Below the pieces are notes generated by a model, which saw only the letters and a program-made list of their open reading frames with translations, did no database searches and was not told the DNA's origin. DNA of 64,000 nucleotides from the IMG/VR virus record IMGVR_UViG_3300010352_001543, one strand, 5' to 3'. The stretch comes from a virus (Duplodnaviria > Caudoviricetes). The position numbers were made by a program, and so were the translations under genes. This document shows, in pieces, positions 20,029-29,264 of this stretch. Numbering within the stretch: the stretch's first letter is position 1; each line of letters opens with the position of its first letter.

Positions 20029-21396
20029 TTAATTCATTAGACTGAAACAATCTAAGTTCAAATTTTGATTACAATCTTCTAATTTTTGGGTGATTCTTAA
20101 ATATTTTTTATCGAAATCGAATTGGTGAGTTTCTCCCATTCCTTCAGCGTCACGAAGAGCCACTGCTCCAAACGTCAAAGTATTATTTGCTTGATCCATC
20201 ATGTCTTTACTTATAGAGAATAAAGCATCAACTGTTTGTGGAAGTCCTATGGATTCAGAAACATCAGCCATAGATAAAGCACCTGATTTCTCACTTGCTC
20301 CTCTTACCGCTTGTGTTGCGCTAATCGCGGCTAAATTCTTTCTCATCGCTAATGCTCTTAAGGACACTGCAATATTTTTAACTTTAAGATAAGTACTTTC
20401 TGAACTTGGATTTTTGTAATCAACAAGCAAGTTCAAATAATCTACTATCAATACATCAAAATTTAATTTAAGTTGACTTTCTAATTTAAAAATATAAGCT
20501 TCTAATTCAGATACTTTTAAACTATCAGCAGGAAACTCTTTTATTATCAATTTACCTGGTATCTTCATTGTAATACCATCCATCTGAGTATGATTCTCTA
20601 TTTTTTTTCGTAGCTTCTTTTTATCTTCAATGAATAAATCATACTCAGCAACCGGTATATTATGAATATTAGCTGCTATTCTTTTCAAATATTTTTTCTC
20701 TGATAATTCTAAACTAACTACTAAAACATTGTACCCATTTCGTTGTAAATTAACTGCTAAATTCCCTAAAACCAAAGACTTTCCTGCTTTCGCATTTGCA
20801 AAGAAAACTGTCAAGGTCTTATAAGTAAGTCCTCCTCCAAGTTTTTCATCTATCCAACTATAGCCGGTAGGAAACGATTCTTTGTTATCTAAAGTATAAT
20901 CTTCTATATTATCAATATCTGTTCCGAAACTTTCTTCGAATGTTAAACTATTTCTTTCATTGACGGTATTTTTTACTGTGGCTACAATGTCTTTAATATT
21001 ATCAGTAGTGACCTGAGACGTCTTAATAAATTTTAAAACATCCACCATTGAATTTTCTAAAGTTTTCCATTCAATCCAAGTCTCAAAATTTTCATTTATC
21101 CATGCTTGGTCATAATTATCTATATCTATATCAAATATACTCGAAATCAAATCATAATTAAATGTTGAATTACCATCCGAATCTTCAGTATAAAATTCTT
21201 CTAATTTTTTCTTGTCTATTAATTGAATTACCTGGTTCTTGGACGCGGTCGAACCATATTTTTGGAAGAAATCCTTATCGATATCTAAAAGATGTTTCAG
21301 TTCCAAGTCTTTAAAAAAATACGAATGAACGTATTTAAAATAAGACGGATTCTGTCTCAGGTAGTGATAAAATATTTTTTCTTGGCTTAATGTCAT
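20029..21396 (-). CDS. replicative DNA helicase (gp41/DnaB-like)
   Basis: PTGY..ID..LGGG, AKAGKS, SLEL, LIIKEFP, IVDYLNL, SATQ, SESIGLPQTVD. Confidence 0.95.
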   Translation of the reverse strand: MTLSQEKIFYHYLRQNPSYFKYVHSYFFKDLELKHLLDIDKDFFQKYGSTASKNQVIQLIDKKKLEEFYTEDSDGNSTFNYDLISSIFDIDIDNYDQAWINENFETWIEWKTLENSMVDVLKFIKTSQVTTDNIKDIVATVKNTVNERNSLTFEESFGTDIDNIEDYTLDNKESFPTGYSWIDEKLGGGLTYKTLTVFFANAKAGKSLVLGNLAVNLQRNGYNVLVVSLELSEKKYLKRIAANIHNIPVAEYDLFIEDKKKLRKKIENHTQMDGITMKIPGKLIIKEFPADSLKVSELEAYIFKLESQLKLNFDVLIVDYLNLLVDYKNPSSESTYLKVKNIAVSLRALAMRKNLAAISATQAVRGASEKSGALSMADVSESIGLPQTVDALFSISKDMMDQANNTLTFGAVALRDAEGMGETHQFDFDKKYLRITQKLEDCNQNLNLDCFSLMN

Positions 21397-21421
21397 ATGC
21401 TTTCTCTGTTTTTATAGTTTA

Positions 21422-21449
21422 TTTTACAATTAAAAATGTCTTTTTTAAA
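21422..21449 (-). promoter_or_regulatory. TTTAAAAA-N14-GTAAAA promoter-like motif upstream of the helicase
   Basis: Exact match to the recurrent motif. Confidence 0.7.
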
Positions 21450-21455
21450 AAAGAA

Positions 21456-21484
21456 AGAGGTAGTTTGTTTGATGAACTACCTCT
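21456..21484 (-). terminator. intrinsic terminator
   Basis: Stem agaggtagtt/aactacctct followed by a T-rich tract on the minus strand. Confidence 0.7.
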
Positions 21485-21509
21485 CTTTAAACTAATGAAA
21501 TTGAATCGC

Positions 21510-21809
21510 TTAATTCCAAAACCCTTTCTTAACCAGGAGATTGTTTTCTGATGTTTTAGCTATATACTCATTTTGTTCTAACCAATGCAAATTTTTATTA
21601 ATTTGTTTGATTATGTCCGGCGACAATGACTTAAATCTCTTGGTAAATTTTTGTTTCATTCCTTTACAAAGAATGATTTCAAATAAGGTATCTTCATAGG
21701 TAGGGTATTCAGGGAGATTTTTCCAAGCCTCTATGATATATTTAATAGGTAAAGATTCTGTTTTGATAAATTGATTCATTTCATTATTGCTTTCGTTATT
21801 ATTCTTCAT
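21510..21809 (-). CDS. hypothetical protein
   Basis: 99-aa ORF overlapping the uvsX stop. Confidence 0.5.
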   Translation of the reverse strand: MKNNNESNNEMNQFIKTESLPIKYIIEAWKNLPEYPTYEDTLFEIILCKGMKQKFTKRFKSLSPDIIKQINKNLHWLEQNEYIAKTSENNLLVKKGFWN

Positions 21810-22971
21810 CCTGTTCGATTATGTTTTCAGACCCTAAGATCGCTTCAATTTCTTCAAGGTCATCGTCAATAGTTTGATTGAATCCAAATACTGGTCCAAT
21901 CTTTTCATCCAATTTAGCTAAAACTTCTTGGGTGAAAACTTCAGAACAAAATACTTTTGTTTTTCGTATGTGTTTATGGAGATGACGAACAGCGAAAGTT
22001 AATGCTTTTTGATTTTCCGCAATTTCAGTATCACTAATGTACTTCCCAGATTCAATTCCGATATTTTCCCAGTCAAAGAATTTTTCTAAACCAACATAAG
22101 GATTCATACCTTTGTCAAAACGAACATGTACTTCCGCCTCAATATTTCCTTTGGTGTACCGACTCTTTAAAATTTTAGCCTTAATAATATAACCAATTTT
22201 ATTACTGGTATTATCTTTTAAATGACTACGAGTAAATTGCAAAGTTACTGTTGAATTATATTTGATACCTGACCCACCGCCCTGTTCTGTCATTGGAACA
22301 TATGAACCAACAATATCATAGCTATGATTTATTACAATCATTGGTATTTGTAGAATTGCTAAATCAGATGTAATAACTCTAAACAATTTTTTAATCATTT
22401 TTGCCCTGGTCATGTCTGATTTGTCACTACCGGACGCGGTGTCCACCATTTCTTTATCTGTTGATAAGTTACCAAGTGAATCAATTACTACCATAATTTT
22501 CGGTACTTCTCCACCCTCATCTTTGACTTCTTTCATGATATTAATTAAATTTTTCATGTAAGTAGTTACAGCTTCCACAGTGTTCATTGATTCATGTCTT
22601 AGTGTAGAGGTATCTATACCGAAATTAACCGCAGCATCAATCGTTAACGCGCCTTCAGTGTCAATCCATATAATATTATAACCTTTTTTTTGTGCTTGGT
22701 AGGCAGTGTTTAAAGCGATAAATGTCTTGCCGGTGGATGCTGGTCCAACGAAAGAAGTAACTCTTCCGGACGGAATGCCCTTGAAAATAGATCCACTGAT
22801 TTGTGCATTTAGTATGTAGTTTCCGGTACTGACCCAGTCCTCTACTTTAGCGAATGGGCTATTTTCTAACAGAAAACCATTAGATACTTTTTCCAATGCT
22901 TTATTTATGTCAGTGAATGTAAAACCTTTTTTGGAAGTTTTTACTTCAGTGTCTTTTTCTTTTTTAGCCAT
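21799..22971 (-). CDS. uvsX: RecA-like recombinase UvsX
   Basis: STG..LN..ISG, GPASTGKT, IDTE, IDSLGNL, DMTRAK, INH, GGGSG. Confidence 0.95.
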   Translation of the reverse strand: MAKKEKDTEVKTSKKGFTFTDINKALEKVSNGFLLENSPFAKVEDWVSTGNYILNAQISGSIFKGIPSGRVTSFVGPASTGKTFIALNTAYQAQKKGYNIIWIDTEGALTIDAAVNFGIDTSTLRHESMNTVEAVTTYMKNLINIMKEVKDEGGEVPKIMVVIDSLGNLSTDKEMVDTASGSDKSDMTRAKMIKKLFRVITSDLAILQIPMIVINHSYDIVGSYVPMTEQGGGSGIKYNSTVTLQFTRSHLKDNTSNKIGYIIKAKILKSRYTKGNIEAEVHVRFDKGMNPYVGLEKFFDWENIGIESGKYISDTEIAENQKALTFAVRHLHKHIRKTKVFCSEVFTQEVLAKLDEKIGPVFGFNQTIDDDLEEIEAILGSENIIEQDEE

Positions 22972-22973
22972 TT

Positions 22974-23270
22974 TTATTTTCCTTTCGTATATTCTTCATC
23001 GTCAGCCACCCCCATTTTTTCTGACCGGAGGTCCATCTGCTTAGTCATAAATGTGGTTAATAAATCATCAATAGCATCTTGTTTATTGTTATAAGGATAT
23101 GATATCAGATACCCTGAATACCATATCCATCCATGATTAGGGATTAATTGAATATAACCAACCGTTTGTATAAATTTTGTTTCTGCTTTTGTGCAAACAA
23201 TAAAAAAATTCATATGTTCAAATGGTTGTTGTATTTGAAATTTTGGAATGCCTGTTAATATTTCACTCAT
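22974..23270 (-). CDS. hypothetical protein
   Basis: 98-aa ORF in operon. Confidence 0.5.
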   Translation of the reverse strand: MSEILTGIPKFQIQQPFEHMNFFIVCTKAETKFIQTVGYIQLIPNHGWIWYSGYLISYPYNNKQDAIDDLLTTFMTKQMDLRSEKMGVADDEEYTKGK

Positions 23271-23271
23271 A

Positions 23272-24498
23272 CTACATTAATCTTTTTAGTTTAATTAAAT
23301 TCTCTGGAATGTTTTTTGCTCCTAACGCGGTCAAGAAAATATTCACTTGGTCAGTTATTGATTTACTAAACATTGTTCTGTAGTCAACCTCCGGAGCAAA
23401 AGTATATGGAAACTCATTATTAATAAATCCAAATACATCGTCATGAAAATTATTATCCGGTTTACTGTAATAGAACCTAACTTTATCACCTGACTTAATT
23501 AACTCATATTTTTGTTTTAATTCTGGATGATTATTTAAATAGTAATTATAGTTGGCGGCTGCTCTTGTCTGAATAGGAGTTCTCGATGCTAGCTGGAGAG
23601 GTGCTCCAGCGCTATCTGAAATAACATACTTTTCATAGTCGGTAATTCCTTTCAAATATGAAATCTTATTAACCTCGTTTTTATCATATTCCTTTTTCCA
23701 TCCAATAACCAAATTAATTACATTATTATAATCAACCTTTCCTTTATTTTTGAACAGATAAGTTAAAAATATAATCAATTTCTCTTTAGCAAACGGAGGA
23801 GTATCACCTCTTGAAATTATAATACCGGTATAATCTATTTTCGTTAATGGGTCGTATTTGATCCCATCCTTGTATATTAAATCTAAACTATAATGTTTTT
23901 TGGATGTCCAAATACCACTGTCACAAAATTTCTCAAATTCAAACTCTTGGAGATTTTTAACATGGAACTTACTCGCATAAATTTCATGCCAAGAATTAAA
24001 AAGTTTTTCCAACCGGCCTTCATCAAATTTCATCATGAAATCTAAAGAACTGCCTTTGTAATCACATGAGTCGATAAGAGGTTGAATAGAGAAAAAATTA
24101 GAATCGGTGTCTATATAAGCTACCGCAGGAACAGAACTATCTATTTTTTTAACTGTTTTACTATCGATACCTAATTTTTTATGTATGTCTTTATCCAAAT
24201 GCCACTTCTCATGATAATATTTACTTATCATTGAAGCGGTACTCTTGATAAGGTCTTGCCCTTGTAATGTCACCGCTTCAGCGACATTTGGATTATAAAA
24301 CATAAAATATTCATTAGCCATAACACCATAAGCAGAGTTCAGAAATATTTTCAAGGCCATCTGCATGTTGTCTGCTGTTGAACTCAGTCCCTGCAGAAGT
24401 TTTATCATTTCTTCGATTTCTTCCGCGGATGAATCTAAAGAAAGTTTAGACGATTGTTCTAAAATATTCTTTAGTTCGTTAGTCATTCGTGTCCTCAA
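23272..24498 (-). CDS. family B DNA polymerase, C-terminal subunit only (gp43B-like)
   Basis: KIFLNSAYG (motif B), YIDTDS (motif C), KKHY; no exonuclease domain and no motif A. Confidence 0.9.
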   Translation of the reverse strand: MRTRMTNELKNILEQSSKLSLDSSAEEIEEMIKLLQGLSSTADNMQMALKIFLNSAYGVMANEYFMFYNPNVAEAVTLQGQDLIKSTASMISKYYHEKWHLDKDIHKKLGIDSKTVKKIDSSVPAVAYIDTDSNFFSIQPLIDSCDYKGSSLDFMMKFDEGRLEKLFNSWHEIYASKFHVKNLQEFEFEKFCDSGIWTSKKHYSLDLIYKDGIKYDPLTKIDYTGIIISRGDTPPFAKEKLIIFLTYLFKNKGKVDYNNVINLVIGWKKEYDKNEVNKISYLKGITDYEKYVISDSAGAPLQLASRTPIQTRAAANYNYYLNNHPELKQKYELIKSGDKVRFYYSKPDNNFHDDVFGFINNEFPYTFAPEVDYRTMFSKSITDQVNIFLTALGAKNIPENLIKLKRLM

Positions 24499-25303
24499 TC
24501 ATAGTGAAGGCATATAGCACATCATCTTTGTCTGATATTAGCAGTAATTTAACATCATCAATAAACATTTCATAATCTTGATTCTTAATCTTTTTAATAA
24601 ATTCAGTTTCGAATGTTCCTACGAAATCAGAAACAATTTCAACATCTGTATTTATTGTTATTTCATATTCGTCTTGGAAATTAAAAGTAATGACTTGACT
24701 TTTCACATCACCTATAATTTTTACAAATTCAAGTGATTCATCCAGTTTGACAATGCCTTTCACTTTCTTAATAAAATTATCGTCAAATTTTAACTTTGTA
24801 AAATACTCTGATGGATCTAATAAATTATCAATCTTCTCATCACCAACATAAGTTATCAAAGATGAGTTAGCAAGAGGAATCTTAATCAATTTAAAATTTT
24901 CAGATTTTATCAAGATGCTATGTGCTTCATATGCATCAGTAAAATTCTTTACTCTTGGTTCGGAACATTCAAATTCAATTGATATATTTTTTTCCTTTCC
25001 TAATAGTTCAAAAATTCCTAAAATCTTTTTCAAATTATAAAAACCTATTCCTATTCTTTTCTCTAATGGTTCTTCGAACTTGAAAATTTCATCTGAAATT
25101 TTATTGTATCTCATAGTGGATGCATTGGTGTCCATATACTTCGCTTGTAGTCCACCATCCATTAAGCATTCCACAAATAATACATCGTCCAAAATACTAA
25201 ATTCCTTTACGAAATCCGCAAGCATATCTATATTTTCTAAACTTGCCTTAAATGTTACCACTTTACTTATAGTGGGTGTTTTATCGCTACTCTTCTTCGC
25301 CAT
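24479..25303 (-). CDS. sliding clamp (gp45-like)
   Basis: Size, acidic beta-rich composition, IGFYNLKKILG motif, position next to the polymerase. Confidence 0.6.
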   Translation of the reverse strand: MAKKSSDKTPTISKVVTFKASLENIDMLADFVKEFSILDDVLFVECLMDGGLQAKYMDTNASTMRYNKISDEIFKFEEPLEKRIGIGFYNLKKILGIFELLGKEKNISIEFECSEPRVKNFTDAYEAHSILIKSENFKLIKIPLANSSLITYVGDEKIDNLLDPSEYFTKLKFDDNFIKKVKGIVKLDESLEFVKIIGDVKSQVITFNFQDEYEITINTDVEIVSDFVGTFETEFIKKIKNQDYEMFIDDVKLLLISDKDDVLYAFTMIEDTND

Positions 25304-25964
25304 ATAATATCTCTCTAAAATGATTTGTAATTATTGTTATATTTTCTAAAATTTCCGAGTTGAAATTGTTGTCGGAAGTCCAATTATAAAATTCGTTTAA
25401 AAATATTAATCTATCTTCTAAATTAGTAATAGTATATTCATTAAGTTTATCATCAATGTAAACTATGAAATCTCTGATCATATCATTTCCATTCACATCA
25501 GTTAGCCGAGCCATTGAATATTCACAGAAATTAAATATTTTTTTGTAGTCATAAGAAAAATCTTCCCAAACAAATTCATAGGTAGTGAATTCTAAATCTG
25601 AATTGTATCGGAGAATAATTTTATTGTAACTATCCACCGTATTTCTTAAAGTTTCGTTTGATTCTTGTATTGTATGAACATTACTTTCATTAACAAAAAA
25701 TTCTGAACATAGGTCATATACATCACAAACTACACAATCTCCATAAACCGGGAAATCCAATAATTTGACTGCATTTTCATTTAGTGATGTTTCTAATTTT
25801 ATTTTTTCGAAAAATAATTTAAAGTCCAAGAAAATCCAAAATTTTCCGTTATAAATAGGAACAAAAGTTGTTTTTAATATATCAAATATCATACCAGGAG
25901 TAACTTCTTTCTTAATTTTTACATCAAGAACTTCGCCGGAAACCTTTAATATTTTTAATGCCAT
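25287..25964 (-). CDS. hypothetical protein
   Basis: 225-aa ORF in operon. Confidence 0.55.
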   Translation of the reverse strand: MALKILKVSGEVLDVKIKKEVTPGMIFDILKTTFVPIYNGKFWIFLDFKLFFEKIKLETSLNENAVKLLDFPVYGDCVVCDVYDLCSEFFVNESNVHTIQESNETLRNTVDSYNKIILRYNSDLEFTTYEFVWEDFSYDYKKIFNFCEYSMARLTDVNGNDMIRDFIVYIDDKLNEYTITNLEDRLIFLNEFYNWTSDNNFNSEILENITIITNHFREILYGEEE

Positions 25965-27320
25965 TTAAATCTCTTCTTCAATATCTTCATCTTCAATAAC
26001 ATATTGTTCTATTTCCTTAAATTCGGAAAGTATTTTACTGTCAATATCTTTTACAATATTATGCTTCGAAAATAAAGTAGATTCTATTTTTTTTGTTAAT
26101 TTTTCTAACTTTTTTTCGTCATCCGTCTTGCAGTTGACTAAGTCCATTCTTGTCTTGTTGGATAGATTTTGTAAACTTTCAATTGAAAGCTCCCTTATCT
26201 TTATGTTGTTTAATCTTTGTTTAATTTCAGATCCAAACTTTTTCAAATACAATTCTATTTCTTTCTCTGACCTTTTTTTCTCTACCATAAATTCAATGAA
26301 TTTAATTTTTTCATCCACGAATTGAATTTCTTTAATAACATTACTTATTAACTTTTCAGTAAATAATTTTTCATTTAAAAGGACCACGTTTCGAAAATCG
26401 ATTAAATAATCTTTTATGTTAGCATACTCCAGAACCCGGTTGCTTTCAGTGAATGTTATATTTTCTGTTATAACAACACTGACAATCTTTTTCACCGCTT
26501 TTATAAATTCAGGTGTTTGGGATTCTCTATTTATCTTTAAAGTAAAATCAATATGGTCTTTTGAATTATTATCAATTCCTATCTCAAAATCTAAATCGGA
26601 AACAACATCATTAAGTTTTTCTAAAAATGTTTTATACTTTATAAAAGGAGGGACATTATAAATTCGAACTGTGTTTTTTTCTTGAACAACATCACCTTGA
26701 AATAGCCAGCATCTTCCATCTATATCAGCTTGTTTAATAGATCCATTATAATTTTGAAGGTAAGGAGTTAAATCTGCTTTATCATTACCCTTCATGAATT
26801 TTTCTAACTCTTCAAATTTTCTTGGGAGAATTCTAGTAGCGAACCCAACAGCTATACCTATAGTAAAATTTAATAATCCAATCGGAAAATTAACTTTTAG
26901 AGGGTCTTGTGAATAATCTACTAAAGTATAATCATTTATTATTTTATATTCATCTATAATATTTTTAATTTTAGGATTTATTTTAACAGAAGTGTAACGC
27001 GGTGAAGCAGGAGTTTGGTCAACCGGAGAACCGAAAAATCCATCACCTTCTAAAAGATTAACCGCATTTAAATATGGTCGAGCTAATCGGGATATACCAT
27101 TTGATAATGACGCATCACCGTGGTGATACCCTTTAATAATATCACCAACCAGATTCAAGGTTTTCCTAAAATCAGTAGGGGCGGTAGTCAGAATCAATCG
27201 ATGTAGTGGTGTTAATGTATCGAAAAACGACGGAATACCTCTACTTGAAATTGTATATAAAGCATAATCTTTATAGTCATTATTAATATACTCTGAAATT
27301 TGTCTTGTCTTATGAAACAC
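25965..27320 (-). CDS. type II topoisomerase GyrA/ParC-like subunit (gp52-like)
   Basis: YALYTISSRGIP, YHHGDASL, G.FGS, ASPRYT (catalytic Tyr), GIAVGFAT.I. Confidence 0.95.
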   Translation of the reverse strand: MFHKTRQISEYINNDYKDYALYTISSRGIPSFFDTLTPLHRLILTTAPTDFRKTLNLVGDIIKGYHHGDASLSNGISRLARPYLNAVNLLEGDGFFGSPVDQTPASPRYTSVKINPKIKNIIDEYKIINDYTLVDYSQDPLKVNFPIGLLNFTIGIAVGFATRILPRKFEELEKFMKGNDKADLTPYLQNYNGSIKQADIDGRCWLFQGDVVQEKNTVRIYNVPPFIKYKTFLEKLNDVVSDLDFEIGIDNNSKDHIDFTLKINRESQTPEFIKAVKKIVSVVITENITFTESNRVLEYANIKDYLIDFRNVVLLNEKLFTEKLISNVIKEIQFVDEKIKFIEFMVEKKRSEKEIELYLKKFGSEIKQRLNNIKIRELSIESLQNLSNKTRMDLVNCKTDDEKKLEKLTKKIESTLFSKHNIVKDIDSKILSEFKEIEQYVIEDEDIEEEI

Positions 27321-27609
27321 TTGTTAAATCTCCCAAATCTTCTAAATCTTTTGTTATTCCATTGGCCATGCTATTAAACATATTATATGTTATTTTGTAG
27401 GTAACGCCGGAGTTAAATATCATCCAGTATCCTGAACTTTCTATAGTATCTTCACTATCAATATAGCCAAGAAATGCTATTTCATTAACATTAAAAAATG
27501 TTCTAAAATCGTTTATCTTTGATGTAGCTTGTTTATTTTGTTTATCCAACTCCATATCATCAAGCATTTTAAGTAATCGCTCTTGTTCCTCTAAAGTAAT
27601 TTCTTCCAT
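27310..27609 (-). CDS. hypothetical protein
   Basis: 99-aa ORF between the topoisomerase genes. Confidence 0.5.
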   Translation of the reverse strand: MEEITLEEQERLLKMLDDMELDKQNKQATSKINDFRTFFNVNEIAFLGYIDSEDTIESSGYWMIFNSGVTYKITYNMFNSMANGITKDLEDLGDLTSVS

Positions 27610-27612
27610 ATT

Positions 27613-28119
27613 TTAAATCTCTTTATCTTCTACTTTTAACCAATTTTTTCTGTATTTTACATCAGATCCGAAAACTACATCTAAATACTTATCTGATTTT
27701 TTATTTGTTTTAATTTTAACCAGGTTCATATCTTTAAAAATAAATTTCCAGTCCTCTTTGTCCATTGAACCAACACCTTTTAAATATCTTAGATTCTTTT
27801 TGGTTTTATACTCATTATTATCTAAATTATATTCATAGTGTCTTTCTTTATTTTCATCATATGAAATCAACGGCATTATCAATTTATATAATTTGTTTTT
27901 CTTTAACACATCAGGGAACCAACGGGCGAACAGATTCATTAATAAGGCGGTTATGTGGTTACCGTCACAGTTATGAGAAAGTAAATAACAATTATTAATC
28001 TTAATAAAAAAATTATTAATTTCATCCACCTCTATATCATATAATTCAGTTTTTTGTTTAATTTTTTTTATTGATTGAGGCTTCATCAATATAAAATCTT
28101 CTATTCTTAAAATTTCCAT
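27613..28119 (-). CDS. split-intein C-fragment fused to the C-terminal part of the topoisomerase II GyrB-like subunit (gp60-like)
   Basis: LYDIEV..NNFF...LLSHN|C followed by DGNHITALL..F...P and RYLKGVGS. Confidence 0.9.
   Translation of the reverse strand: MEILRIEDFILMKPQSIKKIKQKTELYDIEVDEINNFFIKINNCYLLSHNCDGNHITALLMNLFARWFPDVLKKNKLYKLIMPLISYDENKERHYEYNLDNNEYKTKKNLRYLKGVGSMDKEDWKFIFKDMNLVKIKTNKKSDKYLDVVFGSDVKYRKNWLKVEDKEI
27970..28119 (-). mobile_element. split intein IntC (50 aa or less)
   Basis: Block F YDIEV, block G terminal His-Asn, +1 Cys. Confidence 0.9.
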
Positions 28120-29208
28120 TTAATTTAATTCCATTATAGTGTTATTATCAGTTATCTGATACAAAGCATCTAATAAATTAGTCTCTGTTAGTTTATATGA
28201 ATCCCAAATGATTAAAATAGATACCGGGTTCATTTTTTCTTTAATTTTTTCTAATCGGTTTTTGTCTTTTTTCCATATCTGTTCATATGTCATTTTTGTT
28301 TGTTTCAATATTTCTGTTCCTTGATATATTGCTGGATTTCCATGCCAATAATCTCCATAATATTCTATTATAACATTTAAATTTGGTAAATAATAATCTA
28401 CGAAATAATTTCTTTTTTCCATTTCTACCATATATTCCATGACATATTCAAAATTGAGATTATCTAAGATGTCTTTGATTTTAAAACTTATTTTCGAAGG
28501 TCCACTTTGATACTTCCAACTTCGTTTAGAAGCTTGTATTTTTTTCCATCTCTTGGTTCCTTTTATTTCACCAAATCTCTCAATATTTCCGTTTAAACTA
28601 CTCGAATATATTAAAGCGTTAGTCTTATGCTCCCATTTTTTGGTTCCTTCTATAATACCAAACTTATCTATATAATATTGTTTAGTTGAACTATAAGCAA
28701 TTTTATTATTTCTTTCCTTATATTTCTCTGTTCCTTTTGATTCACCATAACGTTCTATAAAACCTTTTAAATCACATCTTGAAGTATTTTCTCTAACTCC
28801 TCTGGAACGGATAAATTTTTGTTCTTTTATCGAAATCTTTTTTAATTTTGCTCCATATTCCATTATACAAGAAATTCTATCGAATTTTATTCCTTTGTTA
28901 TAAGGAACTCCCAAATATTCTAAACTTCTTTTATTCAAACATTCTATATCATTACAACTATATACTTCATATGACCTATAGAATGTTTTTTCTGAATAAT
29001 CTACTGTTAGATTAGGGATAGCATCTCTGTTACAAAAAGCACAATTTTCTATTTTAAATTCTGGTTTAATATTTATGAATTCTTTGTCGTAATCTGAAAA
29101 ATATTCATATAATGTTAAATTATGTACTCTTTTAATATGGGAACCTACATAGCTATTATTTGCTGATACTTCTTTGCCACATATTTTACATTTATATTTT
29201 TCCGTCAT
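28120..29208 (-). CDS. free-standing homing endonuclease, Vsr/DUF559-like, with an N-terminal Zn finger
   Basis: CKICG...HIKRVH finger; three I(E/D)(R/K)(Y/F)G..(K/E)GT repeats; YFVDYY...IIEYYGDYWHGNP...D..R...IIWD. Confidence 0.8.
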   Translation of the reverse strand: MTEKYKCKICGKEVSANNSYVGSHIKRVHNLTLYEYFSDYDKEFINIKPEFKIENCAFCNRDAIPNLTVDYSEKTFYRSYEVYSCNDIECLNKRSLEYLGVPYNKGIKFDRISCIMEYGAKLKKISIKEQKFIRSRGVRENTSRCDLKGFIERYGESKGTEKYKERNNKIAYSSTKQYYIDKFGIIEGTKKWEHKTNALIYSSSLNGNIERFGEIKGTKRWKKIQASKRSWKYQSGPSKISFKIKDILDNLNFEYVMEYMVEMEKRNYFVDYYLPNLNVIIEYYGDYWHGNPAIYQGTEILKQTKMTYEQIWKKDKNRLEKIKEKMNPVSILIIWDSYKLTETNLLDALYQITDNNTIMELN

Positions 29209-29262
29209 ATATGATTTCCGTAATTTTTATTAATATTATATATATTAACACGGATATCATAT
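29209..29262 (-). promoter_or_regulatory. hairpin occluding the endonuclease ribosome-binding region, with a late-type AATATATA motif inside it
   Basis: Arms 29250-29262 and 29209-29221 pair at 12 of 13 positions; inner 7-bp stem ttaatat/atattaa; hairpin ends immediately before the ATG at 29208. Confidence 0.7.
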
Positions 29263-29264
29263 TT

